DNA from: Eledone cirrhosa | Taxonomy: Eukaryota | Reading direction: 5' to 3' | Length of the DNA: 64,000 nucleotides | Assembly: GCA_964016885.1 (NCBI GenBank) | Contig: OZ024744.1 | Span: 44,950,001 to 45,014,000 of the forward strand | Shown here: positions 43,926 to 58,152 of the stretch, one piece after another | Numbering within the stretch: position 1 is the first letter of the stretch | Layout of the letters: every line of letters begins with the position of its first letter | The notes under the pieces: model-generated | The model's input: only the letters and a program-made list of their open reading frames with translations | What the model was told of the DNA's origin: nothing | The model's database searches: none | Translations under genes and position numbers: made by a program

Positions 43926-44118
43926 ACAATAATTAGGTATATAAATAGATAAATAAATGCCATTGTTAAATAATAAATAAATCAACTAAGACCTTAACAC
44001 TTCACACAAAGTAAAACATTTCGTTTTAATCATTTTCTAACCCAGAAAAAAGAGAGAGAGAAACAAAAAAGGGAAAAAAAAAAATTTTTCTTCCACATAA
44101 TCGTCTCTTTCTCCCTGT

Positions 44119-44165
<47 letters not shown>

Positions 44166-44175
44166 TAAAATATAT

Positions 44176-44270
<95 letters not shown>

Positions 44271-44280
44271 TAATATATAT

Positions 44281-44897
<617 letters not shown>

Positions 44898-45085
44898 TCA
44901 GCGAGAATCGTATTTCGGCAGGGAGAAAAAGCGAAACGAAACGCAAAATCAGAATTATGCTGGCAAGCGATCAATAGTTAAAAAACCAGAGCTAAACAAT
45001 ATGTTAAAACGACATACAAACTGGAAGAGTGGTCAAGAAGGCATTAACCAAGTAAGTCAAAAGACAAATAGAGCTAAACAGGTCA

Positions 45086-45114
<29 letters not shown>

Positions 45115-45117
<3 letters not shown>

Positions 45118-46080
45118 TGAAAAATTGAACAGGGACAGAACAGAGAGGCAGTACAATAAATGTTTATTAAATTCACGCTCAGGAGAGTGGGGGAGTAGGT
45201 GGGGGACGACGTTTCGGGCATAAGCCCTTCTTCAGGTGAGAAGTGTGTGGGAACAGAGTTCAAAAGGTGTGTAGGGGAGTGGTGGAGAGACATATAGCGA
45301 AAGGAAACGGTGCGAATGAAAAATTAACAAATAAAGACAAAAAATATGATAAATAAAAATAAAGCATGATCAAAATACAAGGAATGAGAAAATTTTAAAA
45401 TAAAGGCATGATAAAAATAAACTGAAATTAAAAGGTGGGTAAACAGGTGGTGGAAGGGTGTGAGGTGAGTAGGGGTGTTGGCGGGTGGAGTGGGGAGAGG
45501 GAGACGGGGTGTCCGAGCGGGGAGGGCTGAAGGTGGTGTCTGTGGTTAGGTGTGCGTGTGTGTGTGTGTGTGTGTGTGTATGTGAAAGTGAGGGTTGGGG
45601 GAAGAACGGGGTTGCATGTTCAGGAAGGTGTGTGTGGGGGGTGTTTTTGTGGGTCGGAGTGTCTGTGCGTGTGTGGATAGGGGGATGGGGGGAGAGGAAT
45701 CAGGAGGCTGAGGGTGTAAATATGTGGTGGGAAGGACGTGTGTGTGGTTTAAGCGTGTTGTGGGTGTGGGTGGCGTGTGGATAAAAAAATGTTTTGGGGT
45801 GTGTGTGTGGGTGAGTTATATAGGTGATGGCGTAAGAGGATGGTTGAAAAGTTGGTAAGTTCCACAGATGTTTGGAGATTTGGTTAGAAGTCAATTTCGC
45901 GTGTGGGTAATCCAAGAAGCGGTGGTCGGAAGAGGAGAGATGTGGGGTGCGCGCGTAACAGGAAGTGGTCAGCAGTGGGAGTGCTGTGGTCAGTTGGTGC
46001 TGAGAGGTGGTCGGAAGGGCATAGCAGCAGTCGGTGGAATGGTAGGGAGGCGAGGATGGGTAGGTGTGACAGTTGGAGTG

Positions 46081-46121
<41 letters not shown>

Positions 46122-46510
46122 TAGTAGGGGTGTTAGTGGGATGAGTGAGTGTGGAGCGGGGAGAGAAGGGTGTGTGTGGTTCTATGGAGGGAGTGTGGTG
46201 TACTGGTGTGTGTGTAGTTTGGTGAAGAGGTGTTAGTGGGTGTTAGTATACGGGAGGTGGGGAGGGGTGGAATGCAGGTGTGAGTAGGGGTTAGTGGTGG
46301 TAGGGTGTGTAGAGTTGGTGGTGTACGAGGGTGTGTGGGTACGTGTGCGTGGGGTTGGGGTGTGTTAGTGATGTTAGTTGCATGTGGGGTGGGTGGTGTA
46401 AGTGGGTGCGTGTGTGCGTATGATAAGGAGGGGGAGGAGGAGAAGAGGGGAGGGAAGGGATGTTAGTATGTTAGTTGGGGAAGGGTGGTCAGATGAGGGG
46501 TGGAGTGGAG
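45115..46510 (-). mobile_element. Probable PLE 3' region (CA-rich on minus strand) with an HHR core at 45205-45235
   Basis: CTGAAGA-agggcttatgccc-GAAA-cgtcgT-C with a downstream AATAAA; stem I not evident; extent approximate. Confidence 0.5.
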
Positions 46511-47044
46511 ATATATAATAACTATAAATTGATTAATATATATATAAACATGAATAATCACAGGATATAATTTTTACAAGCGTGTAACCACGCATAGCTA
46601 GGTAAGTAACAAATAAATAAAGTTGACTAGAATTCAGAAATAGATACCTTTTAATATGATTAATCTTCCCTGTATATATTCCATTAAAGAAATATATTTC
46701 ACCAATTAATCAGATGGGAAGTCACGGAAGTGGATATTTTTGGATTATCAACAAGGAAGAAGAAATTTCCAGCAATCCATGCTTACACAGCGAGTTCAAA
46801 TCTTCAACTCGCCGCTACCGCGTGTGGTGTTTACACACCACAGCGGCTTCGTCTCAGTGGCGTGAATAGGTATTCGACAACTAGAAACAGCAGTTGATTC
46901 CTTTCAACAGAATTAGCTCTACAATTAAGGAGACGTATTTATATATCTATATCCAAAATTAAGATAAATTAAATGAATTTAATCCAAATCGAAATTATGG
47001 GTGTCATGCCACAACGGCGTGCGCCATGTCGCCCGGAAAATAAG

Positions 47045-47186
<142 letters not shown>

Positions 47187-47194
47187 ATATATGC

Positions 47195-47226
<32 letters not shown>

Positions 47227-47345
47227 GTATATATATATAAATATATATATGTATATACATATATATACATATATATATGTATATATATATATATATATAC
47301 GTATATATATGTATATATATGTATATATATATACATATATATATA

Positions 47346-48089
47346 TGAACGGTAAAAAATGAAACGAAATTTCATTTCTCACTCTAAATATAAGTATGTA
47401 CACGTAAATAGATATATGTATACAGACGTACAGTAGTATGTATATATATATACATACATGCACACATATATATATGTAAGTATGGATTCACAGAACATTT
47501 ATTATAATGCTCGGTGTGTTTGTAAACAAACATCCCGAATTAAGCCATACAGTGTCTAGCAACCATAAATGCTCATTTGTTCAACACTGACAAAGGAAAG
47601 CTGTACTAGTTTCAAGCTTATTAGTTATCGTCAGTAACGTATACCTTCCTGCCAGATGGTTGAACGTCCGAAAGTATATACTTTCCTTATGCATATTAAC
47701 GGCTGAGCAGCCCAATTTTCATATCGAGTGAGTTAATCGGCCGGGGTACCCAAAATGATAAACGGAAAAAATGACACGAAATTTCATTTCTCACTCTTAG
47801 TACGGCTGTTACTTAAATATAAGTATGTACACGTACATACATATATGTATACAGACGTACAGTAGTATGTATATATATATACATACGTGCACACACATAT
47901 ATATATATATATATATGTACGTATGGATTCACCGAACATTTATTATAATGCTCGGTGTGTTTGTAACAAATGCGCAACGATTGTTGCTAGACACTGTACG
48001 GCTTAATTCGGGATGTTTGTTTACAAACACACCGAGCATTATAATAAATGTTCGGTGAATCGATACGTACATATATATATGTGTGCATG

Positions 48090-48133
<44 letters not shown>

Positions 48134-48673
48134 CTACTGTACGTCTGCATACATATATGTATGTACGTATAGATACTTATATTTAAGTAACAGCCGTACT
48201 AAGAGTGAGAAATGAAATTTCGTTTCATTTTTTCCGTTCATCATTTTCGGTACCCCGGCCGATTAACTCACGCGATATGCAAATTGGGCTGCTCAGCCGT
48301 TAATATGCATAAGGAAAGTATATACTTTCAGACGTTCAACCATCTGGCAGGAAGGTATACGTTGCTGACGATAGCTAATAAGCTTGAAACTAGTACAGCG
48401 TTCCTTTGTCAGTGTTGAACAAATGAGCAAACGATGGTTGCTAGACACTGCACGGCTTAATTCGGGATGTTTGTTTACTAACACACCGAGCATTATAATA
48501 AATGTTCGGTGAATCCATACGTACATATATATATGTGTGCATGTATGTATATATATATATATATACATACTACTGTACGTCTGTATACATATATCTATGT
48601 ACGTATACATACTTATATTTAAATAACAGCCGTACTAAGAGTAAGAAATGAAATTTCGTTTCATTTTTTCCGT
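47346..48673. repeat. Third array of the retrozyme-like 434-bp family: ~1.4 minus units + ~1.6 plus units, inversion at ~47965
   Basis: HHR at 47599-47639(-) and a fully canonical HHR at 48360-48400(+). Confidence 0.85.
48360..48400 (+). ncRNA. Canonical type I HHR of the retrozyme-like unit
   Basis: cgttg-CTGACGA-tagctaataagctt-GAAA-ctagt-A-cagcg; stem I extends via ctggcagg/cctttgtcag beyond an internal loop; predicted cut after 48395. Confidence 0.9.
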
Positions 48674-48989
48674 ATATATATATATATATATACATATATA
48701 CATATATCGACAGACGGCAGTCGATCCACAAGATCCCAGACCTCATTCGCTTAACGAGTGGGGTGCACCACGCCAAATCGGACCAAGGAAACAATGTTTC
48801 CCTTGGTCTTTCCAATTGCTAATACTATCTGTCTGTCGCAACTCCAGGTAGAAGGAGCAACTTGAAATAAAGTGTAATACTCAAGGATAAAACGCATCGC
48901 TCGTTCCGGGAATTGAAATCACAACCTCACGATTGCCAATCCATATAATCAATGTATTTGTGAGTGAATAATGATAATATTATAATATC

Positions 48990-49380
48990 TGTTTCTACTC
49001 TTGGCACAAGGCCAGCAATAACCCAATACATTACTGGTACTTTATTTTATCGACCCCGTAAGGATGAAAGGTGAAGTTAACCTTAGTAGAATTATAATAA
49101 TTGCTTCTACTTTTGGCACAAGGCCAGCAATTATCCCAGTGTATTACTGGTACTTTATTTATCGACCCCGTAAGGATGAAAGGCAAAGGTTAATCTCGGC
49201 TGGATTTGAACTCATCGGTAGGGGGTCAGACACCATGCTTCGCAGCATAGTTACGTCCCTTGCCATTCTGAATTCAAATCCCGCCGAGGTTAACTTTGCT
49301 TTTCATCCTTACGGGGTCGATAAAATAAACTACCTGTAATGTACTGGGTAATTTGCTGGCCTTGTGCCAAAAAGGAGAAA
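48990..49380. mobile_element. SINE cluster: two minus-strand 3' fragments and one plus-strand copy, forming an inverted pair
   Basis: Similarity to 24571-24758. Confidence 0.85.
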
Positions 49381-49580
49381 CTTGTAGGATTATAATAATA
49401 TCATAATATTCGGTTTGTTTGCAAGCAAAGAGCTTATAAACACCATGTGTGTTTTCTAGATGAGCAATGTCATCTTTTTGTTCTAGCGCTTTTATTATTA
49501 GTAATAATATTATTATTACTCACTCACGAATACACACACACACATACAGACACACACACACGCACACATATATATATATA

Positions 49581-50667
49581 TCTACTATATAAATTGGAAG
49601 TGGTCGGATGTTGTATATTTAAGTAAGTAGGTGTAGTCGGATAACCGTCGAAACGAAATGCAGCGAAAATTTACAGTTATGCAGAATGACCCGAGGAGGC
49701 GTCGGATCGACTTTTAGTTTACAAGCTTCCATGGTTACGGAGAAAATCGATGAAACAGGAATTTCCCATTCAAATTGAACTGAGAGTAATCTGTGAACGC
49801 AGAAGTAAATATTTCGAGAAACGTTCCAACCGAAGGAAAACAGGAAGACGATATTTTGTTTCGTGAAGACGTTCCCTGGTATTGAACGAAAAAAAGCGAG
49901 GATAATATGTCGTTATGTGGATCGCGAAAAACAATTTCATGCAAAGACAAGACCAAGGTTATGGTATAAATGGAGTCGTTAGACTAATATTCTATTTACC
50001 ATAACAGAATGATTTTCAGCCCCGGAGTTTATGAATGATGTAAATAAAATTGAAAACGAAAATGACAGACGTTATTAAAATGGTAAAAGTAAATAGTGAA
50101 TATTTAGGCCAGTACATACGTATGTCCCGACGGACATACACATACATACGCACACACAAATACATACCCCCCCCCCACACACACACACACACATACACAC
50201 ACAAACACACACACGCGCGCGCGAGCGCATAAACCTTATACATTTCTACAGTATTTTCACCAAACTTAAGACATAGGTTACTTATGTACTCCAGATGGTC
50301 ATGGGCACTTTCATTTTTACAGATATTGATTATAGGGCCTCCTGGCAGATAATCCCCTTTAACCACTTTAACCACTTCCTTGGAGTCGACTGAAGAACTG
50401 CAGTGCAATGCAAGATAACGTCATAACTTCTGGAGTTCGCAACCGATTTTCACAAAACTTGACACATGGGCTACGTTTGTCCTACACATGAATGTGAACT
50501 CTCAGAATTGGCACATATTAAGTAGGGAATCCTGGGGGCAGGAACCCTCTTTTGGAAAAAGCCGATGATTTTGTAAAAGTATAGTTTTCGAAGTAGCACT
50601 GAAGTATTGACATAAATGGTATACACAACTCTATTTAATACCCGAGCAACGCCCGGTACCTCTGCTA

Positions 50668-50668
<1 letters not shown>
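49581..50668 (+). mobile_element. Non-autonomous Helitron
   Basis: A|TCTACTATATAAA 5' end; subterminal hairpin cccgagcaacgcccgg and CTAG|T 3' end; no TSD. Confidence 0.8.
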
Positions 50669-50712
<44 letters not shown>

Positions 50713-51169
50713 TGTCGTCTCCCACCCCACATACTCAAGCTTGAAACTAATATTAACATTTTGTACTGCCTCTTCGCTTCCTCGTTGTGTTATTTTGTTT
50801 CCTGTTTCAACTCGAATTTCTGTGCAGGCCAGTCTATCATAGACTGTCGCCAGCATATGCAGTAGGAAAAACTAGTGCATTCGTCCGGGGACAGATAATT
50901 AAATTCTCCACCCACATGAAATCGTTTCCTTTTTCGTTGGTATCTTAATGATGTTATTTTAATCAAAACATTGAGTGAGAAAATTATCGAAGGTTTTTCC
51001 GACGACTTCGTTTTAATATTATTATTTAAACTCCCAGGAAAAACCCACATACAAATTGTAAGTTGAATATTTTACTCTGTTTATTATAGTTCGATTTTTA
51101 TTAATTATTTGCAATTTTATCTTTTTTTTCTATAGTGAAGTCGAGTGCTTAATGGTTCCTTCTTTATAT

Positions 51170-52405
51170 TTTTTCAACTTGTAAAGATGTGCCAGCGTGT
51201 TCCTCAACAACAGGGAATGTTAGCCTAGCTCCCTTTCACTGTCACGTGACACTAAAAATGGTGCTGACTACTGGAATGGCGATTCCACACCAAATACAAG
51301 GGGCTGGTGTTTGACCTGTTCCGAGGACGTTAACTCGTCGCCGATGAAGCTACTCTTAGATGGTTGGATTCCCCTGCAGGCCGGGGGTGTTGGTTCGGTG
51401 GGAAGTTGGTGCTAACATGACTGGTTAGTTCCCGGATCTTTTTGTTGTTGATGGCCATCATCAAGCTCCCGAAAATAAGAACTTGACAGTGCATCTATTC
51501 AAGATCTGGTCGTATTTATGTGTAGGGTGAAAGCACTGGACAAGGGCCCTGAAGAAGATTCCGAAGATGTTAGTTCCGACATGTTTTGAATATGGCGTAA
51601 TGAACCAGGTCACGTGTCGCTTGCGGGATTTTTGTGTACGGTGCGTGGCCTATGTGTTGTGTTGGTGTAGGCGGGCTGTGCGGGGATCAGACGTGTGTGC
51701 GGTTTGGTAATCAGGTGTTTACTCTAAGTGTGGTGGTGACTACAGTTATCACGGGGAAGATAGACTGGTCAGTTTGGGGTCTATCATAATAGCCGCTGGG
51801 TCGTGATGTTTCGCCCTATTAGCCCCCATATGGTCCATATCCACGAGCCAGCTATCAAGTTGTAGGGGCGGCATCTCGAGGCTTCGATGGTGACCCGTGT
51901 CATTGTTATCCGGGTTGGCAATGCTGGTACTAGCCGCAAAAGCAAGGTTGATATCATGCGTGTCAGCAAGGTTGATATCGTTCTTACTGTCAGCACGTTT
52001 ATGGTCGGTAAGATGACGATAATTCTTCTATTTCGTTTTTATGAACTTATTGTGGTCAACATGGTTACCTCATTATGCCTCTCGTTTATGGTGGGGCCTT
52101 TACATCGATAGGTACGTAGCTGGCTGGTTCTGTATTGGGTTGGTCGGGTCTTTTTGGTGGGTGTCTTTGTGCCGCCGTGGGTAGGTGCGTGGGTATGGCC
52201 CCACAGTTTGGTTCGTCTTGAGTCAGGGTTAGCTGCATTACGGTACCCAGGTTTATTGAATTTATTATAATATGGTTGGATTCATTATAATATGGTTGGG
52301 TCGGTGGGTTGTTAATATTCTGCATGCTGGTCGAATATCTCAGCATTAGCCGACCGGGTGGATATTCTGTCTAAGCTAAAGAATTTAGTTACTTTGTCGC
52401 CGTGT
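51170..52405 (-). pseudogene. Decayed PLE fragment (post-RT linker to start of endonuclease)
   Basis: Minus-strand KSRKRHVTWFITPYSKHVGTNIFGIFFRAL resembles the WF.PPFS linker of the other PLEs here. Confidence 0.6.
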
Positions 52406-52439
52406 AAGAATATCTTCTCGTTACCCTGCCCCGACACAT

Positions 52440-52920
52440 CGTGTGATAGCTAGAACAATCTGGGATGTATTATAGAAGAGGGAAATCAAATCAATTATAG
52501 GGGGATATTTTGAGACTGATAGCTCAAAGTAATATTATTGGAACCTAAATATCAAGACTGTCACCAAATTAAAGCACAATCGGTCTCCTAATGTTGTTTT
52601 CGATGACATAATAAAAACACGCTTTCGTGTAGAAATTAGTTGCCCACTTTAAGCCAGCGTGGTAAGAAAAGTGCAATTGAAGGAGGATATCTACAGACCA
52701 TTGATGAGGAGTTTACAGATCCAGTAAGCAAAACACACGTTCTGCTTCATACCTGTTACTATTTGATCGTCAGTTTATATATCAATTCGCCTGGACCAAA
52801 GTAGAACTGAGATCGGATTTCTAGAAAAAGAATGTAGCTCCTTAATTCATAAGCTACGATATCTGGAACCTTCAAAATCTGTGAAATATTCTCACGATTC
52901 AAAGAATTAACGCTAACACA
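52440..52920 (+). pseudogene. Decayed RLE LINE 3' end
   Basis: YWNLNIKTVTKLKHNR...VEISCP, similar to 30569-30967. Confidence 0.55.
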
Positions 52921-53339
52921 AGAGACGGCTACAATTACCTTTTCTTTACAACATTGCCACCGAGAAAGTGGCCTGTCAAAAACAAACACAAAATTGAGAA
53001 AAAGGGAGAACATATATAGAACGTATGACTGTATCTTTATACAGTCATCCGTATGTACATCCCATCACCCATCCATCTATACATACTTCTATCTCTCAAA
53101 CCCTCCACAATCTCTCAACTCTCCCTCCTCTCTCTGACCATCTGCCCATCCGTCCACTCGTCCAAGATACTTAAGAGGCTGCATAAAGAACGAATTTTTA
53201 TCTAAATCACAGTTAGGTTTAAGAGAAGTCCGTTCAGCCACAGATATGATTTGCATTTCGTTACAAGAAAAATTCAGAAGGCAGTGGGAACCGTTATATA
53301 TTGTATTTCTTGTCATAAAGAAAGTTTTAGATAGAGTCA

Positions 53340-53860
53340 GCATATAGGCTCTTAACATGGTTTTGTTAATCATTGTCTGTCCTCTTACACTTTATCGGTT
53401 GATCACTTCTTTCTATGAAGATATACACACCTGTATACAATTCGACGGGAGCTTATCTGAATACTTGGAAGTTATGTGTGGAGTAAAATAAGAATTGTAT
53501 TCTCGCATCCATTTCTTCAGTATATATTAGTTTAACATTCTTCGAAATAACTACAGAGAAAGTGATAATGTAATTTATGTTGGAGCGAGGTTTGGTAGAT
53601 CTTTATTCAATTTGCGTAGATTAAAAGCAAAATGACTGAGTACTGGAGTACTGATTAGGGAATTATACTTTACTGATGATGCTGTACTCACTACTCACAA
53701 CGAAGTTGCAGTTCAAATGTTGAGAGATAATCTAACAAGTGCATGCGATCTATTTGCTCTGACAATTAGTGTTATGAAGACCGAGGTGATAGGCCCAGGA
53801 ACAGAATATGCACCAATAATACATCTAAATGGAAATGTTCAGAAGAGAGTTGATAAATTG
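53340..53860 (+). pseudogene. Decayed RTE RT fragment
   Basis: SLFNLRRLKAK, LIRELYFTDDAVL and ACDLFALTISVMKTEV. Confidence 0.65.
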
Positions 53861-56162
53861 GTTAAGTCAACCCCAGTACGTAAATTGTATATTGTTTTAG
53901 CGATCCCGAAAGATGAAAGGCAAAATGAAACGGGGATTGAGATCATAATGTGAAATGTCAGAAAAAATACCACGAAGTTATATTATCTATTGCTTTACTA
54001 ATTTTGCCACTCTACCCAATTTTAGACCATTCACAATACTGACGATCAATTTTAGAGTTGAATTAGAAATTCAAATTATAATAGTTCATTTATTACCGCT
54101 TCTAAATGTAATCCATATACTTACTATTAATGTTTAGGTCAATATCATCCGTTTAGATATAATATAGGTCCCAATGAAACAAATCTTGCATATTTTGTGT
54201 TTACAAAAAGAAATCAGATCTGAGATTTTGTTCAAGTTAAGCTCCTTAGCAGCACAAAAACTCCAATAGGGCTATCTGTTGCTATTATAAGATCTAGTCT
54301 TTGCTAAGTGCTTCCAATGTAACCTATATCAAATGTTCCTGTATTTCACGCTTGAAATATATACTGAAGATGAAATAATATTTATTTTAATTGGATTTTG
54401 AAACGAATAGTTGAGCAAATGGTATCTTGGCTTCAATTTACTGGCAGTTAATCCTATATATGACTTACATGTATACACTGTATTGCCTCAAAAGTAATAA
54501 ATGGCAGTAATTTTTTTCGAATACGGTCAGACACCAATATGACTGTAAACTATTACTGACGATCATTTGATATTTTAACGGCTATCAAGTTTATTAATAT
54601 CACCGTGAAAAGGGCCCCTAAAATTGCATAAATGAAGTTCGTAGGGAAGCCTTACCAGAGTCAAAATAACAAGTTTGATGTATTTGGGATGGGAAACATT
54701 GCATACCACAACAGAAGTTTCAAATTTGTAGAAAAGACTAGATTGGATGTGATTATGAAAGACATTTTAAAATAGATAGGAAAGAAGAATAATACCTTTC
54801 TTCTGAAGAATTCACATGATACATAAACAGAGAGAAGAATGAAGATGAACCGGGTGTGTTGTGAAGAAAATGTTAAGTGATGTCCTTAACTCTTAAAATC
54901 ATGTAATGATTTAGCAGAAAATATCTAAAAACATGTTTGTTAATTAAAAGTTTATACCTTTACTATTAGACAGACAGTTGTGAAAATTTACAGTAAAATA
55001 AAGATGATATTTTTTTAATCTATTTTGATAATGCAGATTCATGAGAAATTATATTAAGATTGAAACTTTTTCTTTCAAATGACAGTTCTTTGATGTAACA
55101 CTGTTATGGAATGGACCATGGCTGGAAACGAGGTGACTTTGCAAAGCAGAGTTTAAATGTAATATTTAAGGGGAGGAAAAGAAAGACATGACAACTCTGG
55201 GCTCATGTTTAAGGATAGTGTACGACATTCTGTCGTATATATTACTGGTACACGACCCTCATCATGATACAACTAAAGTTTCATTCAACGTAGTTGTTAA
55301 ACAAGATATATATAGTTGTGATATAAATATTGCATCATCAATTGTAGAAAGAACGACTTGCTTAGTATATAGTTTATATTAATACACTCTGTATTAACAT
55401 ACAGAGAGTATTTATTAATTACATTTTTTTTAATATAAAATTTATCATTATATTTATTAGTAACACCTAACACTAACAAGTATATTTAGAAAACATTTAT
55501 CAAGTTTGTGTTGCCTTGAGGTGATTCTTATTCAAATGATAATGATTCTTTATTCTTCTTATTGTTTATTCATTGAATGGATTGATTTGTGTGTTTATTT
55601 CCTGTACACCTTTAACGCAGGGTTGTTTGTGCATATATGTGTGTGTGTATATATGTGTATGTATATCAATGTATCTACAGAGTGTTTATCAATTTTATAT
55701 CATTCAAAAAAATATCAAAAGTATAGATTTTAAAATGAGTTTGATCTTTACAATACAGTTCCACAGATGTTAAGATAAATAGCAGTTATGTCATGTTGGA
55801 TCAGATCTAATCTATTGTTGCTGCGGGTTTTGCTGTTGTTGTTTGAGGTGACGTATTCTGTAGTGATGGAGTTTGATTGTGTTTCCGGGTCAAATACTTT
55901 CATCTTTATTCTCAATAGATATTAGCTTTCAATCATTTTTACATCAAGACAATGAGGCCATTTACATATTTGTAGCTTACAGTTATAATTGATTGAAAGA
56001 TGGCTACTACATCAATGTTTAAGTGAACAGCGGTGAGATTTGAACTGGAACATAGCTTAACAAATGAATATAATGCAAAGTCTTAAGTCAAGCTCTTTAC
56101 CATTTCTACCATATTACAGCACTTTGACTATGTATATGATAGTAGTGACATCTGAAATTACC

Positions 56163-56524
56163 CACCCCACCTCTACAACCTCCACCACCACCACTACAAC
56201 CTCTACAACTTCCACCACTACAACCTCCACCACCACTACAAGCTCCACCACCACCACTACAACCTCCACCATCACCACTACAAGCTCCACTACCACCACC
56301 ACTACAACCTCCACTACCACTACCACTACAACCTCCACCACCACTACAAGCTCTACCACCACTACAACCTCCTACACAACCACTACTACAACCTCCACAA
56401 TCACCACTACAACCTCCACCACCACTACCACCACCACTACAACCTCCACCACCACCACCACTACAACCTCCGCAACAACCACTACAACCTCCACCACCAC
56501 TACTACAACCTCCACAACCACCTC
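56163..56524. repeat. Degenerate (ACC/ACT/ACA) triplet repeat
   Basis: Direct reading. Confidence 0.9.
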
Positions 56525-56609
56525 TTCACACACTCTCTCTTTCTATAGATATGGTAGTTGAAGTGGTGGTGGTGGTGGTGCAACTTTGAAAAGAAGTCAA
56601 TTTTAAATT

Positions 56610-58150
56610 ACTTCTTTACGAAATTTAGTAGATAAATTATGTAATATTCATTCATTATTTATTCAAAGTAATCCAACTTATTTTACTGACTGGATTAAAA
56701 GAAAAAACCCGTACGCAGTCCCGCAGACCTTCCTTTATTATAGCTTAGATTTATATATATAAACTTTATCGAGTTCTCTTCGGATTTTAGTCTTCACATT
56801 TATTATTACTATAACTAGCAGAAAAACCCAAGTTCGGGTGGTTTCTGCTAGCATGTATAGTGTGCATATTGATGTTATACACAGGTATATATGCTTGTAG
56901 ATATGATACATCAAATAAGATCGTAATTGACAATATACACAGAAATTGAACGAAGACTGTGTTACACTCTCTAAGTAATCAGTAACGTAATCCATGATAC
57001 ATTAAAAAAAGACGATATTATATATAAACTGCATTGGGAGAAAATTAGTGACGGAAATATATGAATGTTTATTTAAGCGATCGCTAACCGGAAGTGTTGA
57101 CATTTGAAAATGTTAAAGAAGTGAATCTTAAGATAAGCAACAAGATGATTTATATTTAATCAAGAATAACGAAATTTAGTAGATAAATTATGTAATATTC
57201 ATTTATTATTTATTCAAAGTAATCCAACTTATTTTACAAACGGGATGAAAGAAAAATACATTCTGGACGCAGTCCCGCATTCCTTACTTTATTATAGTTT
57301 ATACTAGCAGAATGGCCCGGCGTTGCTCGGGATTCTAAACATAGATTAGCATGTTTATACCTCCTTTCTGAAACAGTACAGAGAAGTACGGAATACCTCG
57401 GCCTCGGGATGGTGTCTACATTTTGTGCTTCGTCGTAGATTACCAGGGTGTTTTTCTTCGTGCGAAGAAAATCAATACTTTATCGCGAAATAAATACTTT
57501 TGTTTATATTTTGTTATTGTGTAAGCAAAAATATCTGTACACGAATTTATAATTATATATATATATATTGAAATAACAGATTAAAGTTTAAGCAAAGAAT
57601 TGTTGCTTTCACCCTTAACGGGATCTTCTGAAACTAATAAAATCAGTCTGTGAACGCAAAAGTAAATATTTCGAAAAACGTTACACACTATATACATATA
57701 TACACACACTACATATACATATATACACACATACACGGATAGCGACGTCATAATGTCGTAATTCAGACAGCCAGACCTACAGACAGATATTATAAGGGCG
57801 CAACGTTATATCTATGTATCTATCTAAAAAGAAAGTCTAAGAATTATAGAGAGAGATCGTTAAATCGTCTAATGCGATCCCTTGGGCACTGAAAATTTGA
57901 AATAGTTTTTGCTCAAAACACTCACAGGACCATAAGTATTGCATGCATAAAGTTTGAAAAAATGGTTGGGTGGTTCTCAAGTTTTATGGAGTCAGACACA
58001 CAGCAGACATTCTCTGTTTTAGATATATAGACTAGCAGAATGGCCTGGCGTTGCATGGGATTTGCTCTAGGGTTCTTATATATTTGATATATATTTATCC
58101 TTATCGAAGTTCGTGAAATAAATATATTTGTTTATATTTTGTTATTGTGT
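56610..58150 (-). mobile_element. Cluster of non-autonomous Helitrons in head-to-tail order
   Basis: 3' ends (hairpin + CTAG on minus strand) at ~56814, 57304 and 58032; 5'-like ends TCTAAGCTATAATAAAG (~56749) and TCTATATATCTAAAA (58031); 56620-56745 is duplicated at 57171-57300. Confidence 0.65.
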
Positions 58151-58152
58151 AT

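Noticed and set aside
56064-56561. 165-aa Thr/Ser mucin-like ORF
   Set aside because: Simple triplet repeat without a clear signal peptide or splice support.
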